NCBI GenBank assembly: GCA_951406725.2
Contig: OX597832.1
Span: 40,238,001-40,302,000 of the forward strand
Direction: 5' to 3'
Origin: Octopus vulgaris
Taxonomy: Eukaryota
DNA length: 64,000 nucleotides
Part shown: piece after piece, positions 63,901 to 64,000 of the stretch
How the letters are laid out: the number at the start of each line of letters is the position of its first letter
Position numbering within the stretch: the first letter of the stretch is position 1
Made by a program: the position numbers and the translations under genes
Notes under the pieces: model-generated
Told to the model about the DNA's origin: nothing
Database searches by the model: none
The model's input: the letters and a program-made list of their open reading frames with translations, nothing else

Positions 63901-64000
63901 GTTGACCACTTTGGCCGGAACACAGACACCTACCAACAAAGATACCTTGTGTCCACTCAGTGGTGGGATAGAAATGGAGGCCCAATATTCTTTTACACTG
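63901..64000 (+). CDS. PRCP: PRCP copy B exon 2 (cut by the window edge)
   Basis: tctttcttag|VDHFGRNTDTYQQRYLVSTQWWDRNGGPIFFYT; 2 nt differences from copy A in the visible part. Confidence 0.9.

Overview
Eukaryotic, AT-rich, microsatellite- and SINE-dense genomic DNA. The repeat families look like those of a coleoid cephalopod (Octopus); that assignment is inference from recognition. The window holds three genes. (1) A group I p21-activated kinase (PAK1/2/3-like) on +, with 12 coding exons reconstructed from the CRIB exon (9390) to the stop (22950); the N-terminal exon is not securely located. (2) A complete 9-exon lysosomal Pro-X carboxypeptidase (PRCP, peptidase S28; 494 aa) on -, 55225->37450. 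(3) The first two exons of a second, head-to-head PRCP paralog on + (61450->end of window). The rest is transposon-derived: tRNA SINEs, CR1/L2-like and RTE LINEs, Penelope-like remnants, Tc1 and mariner, two Helitron copies, Merlin/MULE-like MITEs and a Gypsy pol relic. The most notable hidden signals are several minimal type I hammerhead ribozymes (two with U3-A8 covariation, two back-to-back in a 158-bp palindrome), the PRCP duplication with a diverged M-box/CLEAR-like site and a Trp->Tyr change in the S1 pocket, and a TIR element carrying TTAGGG repeats. All alignments and counts were done by eye.
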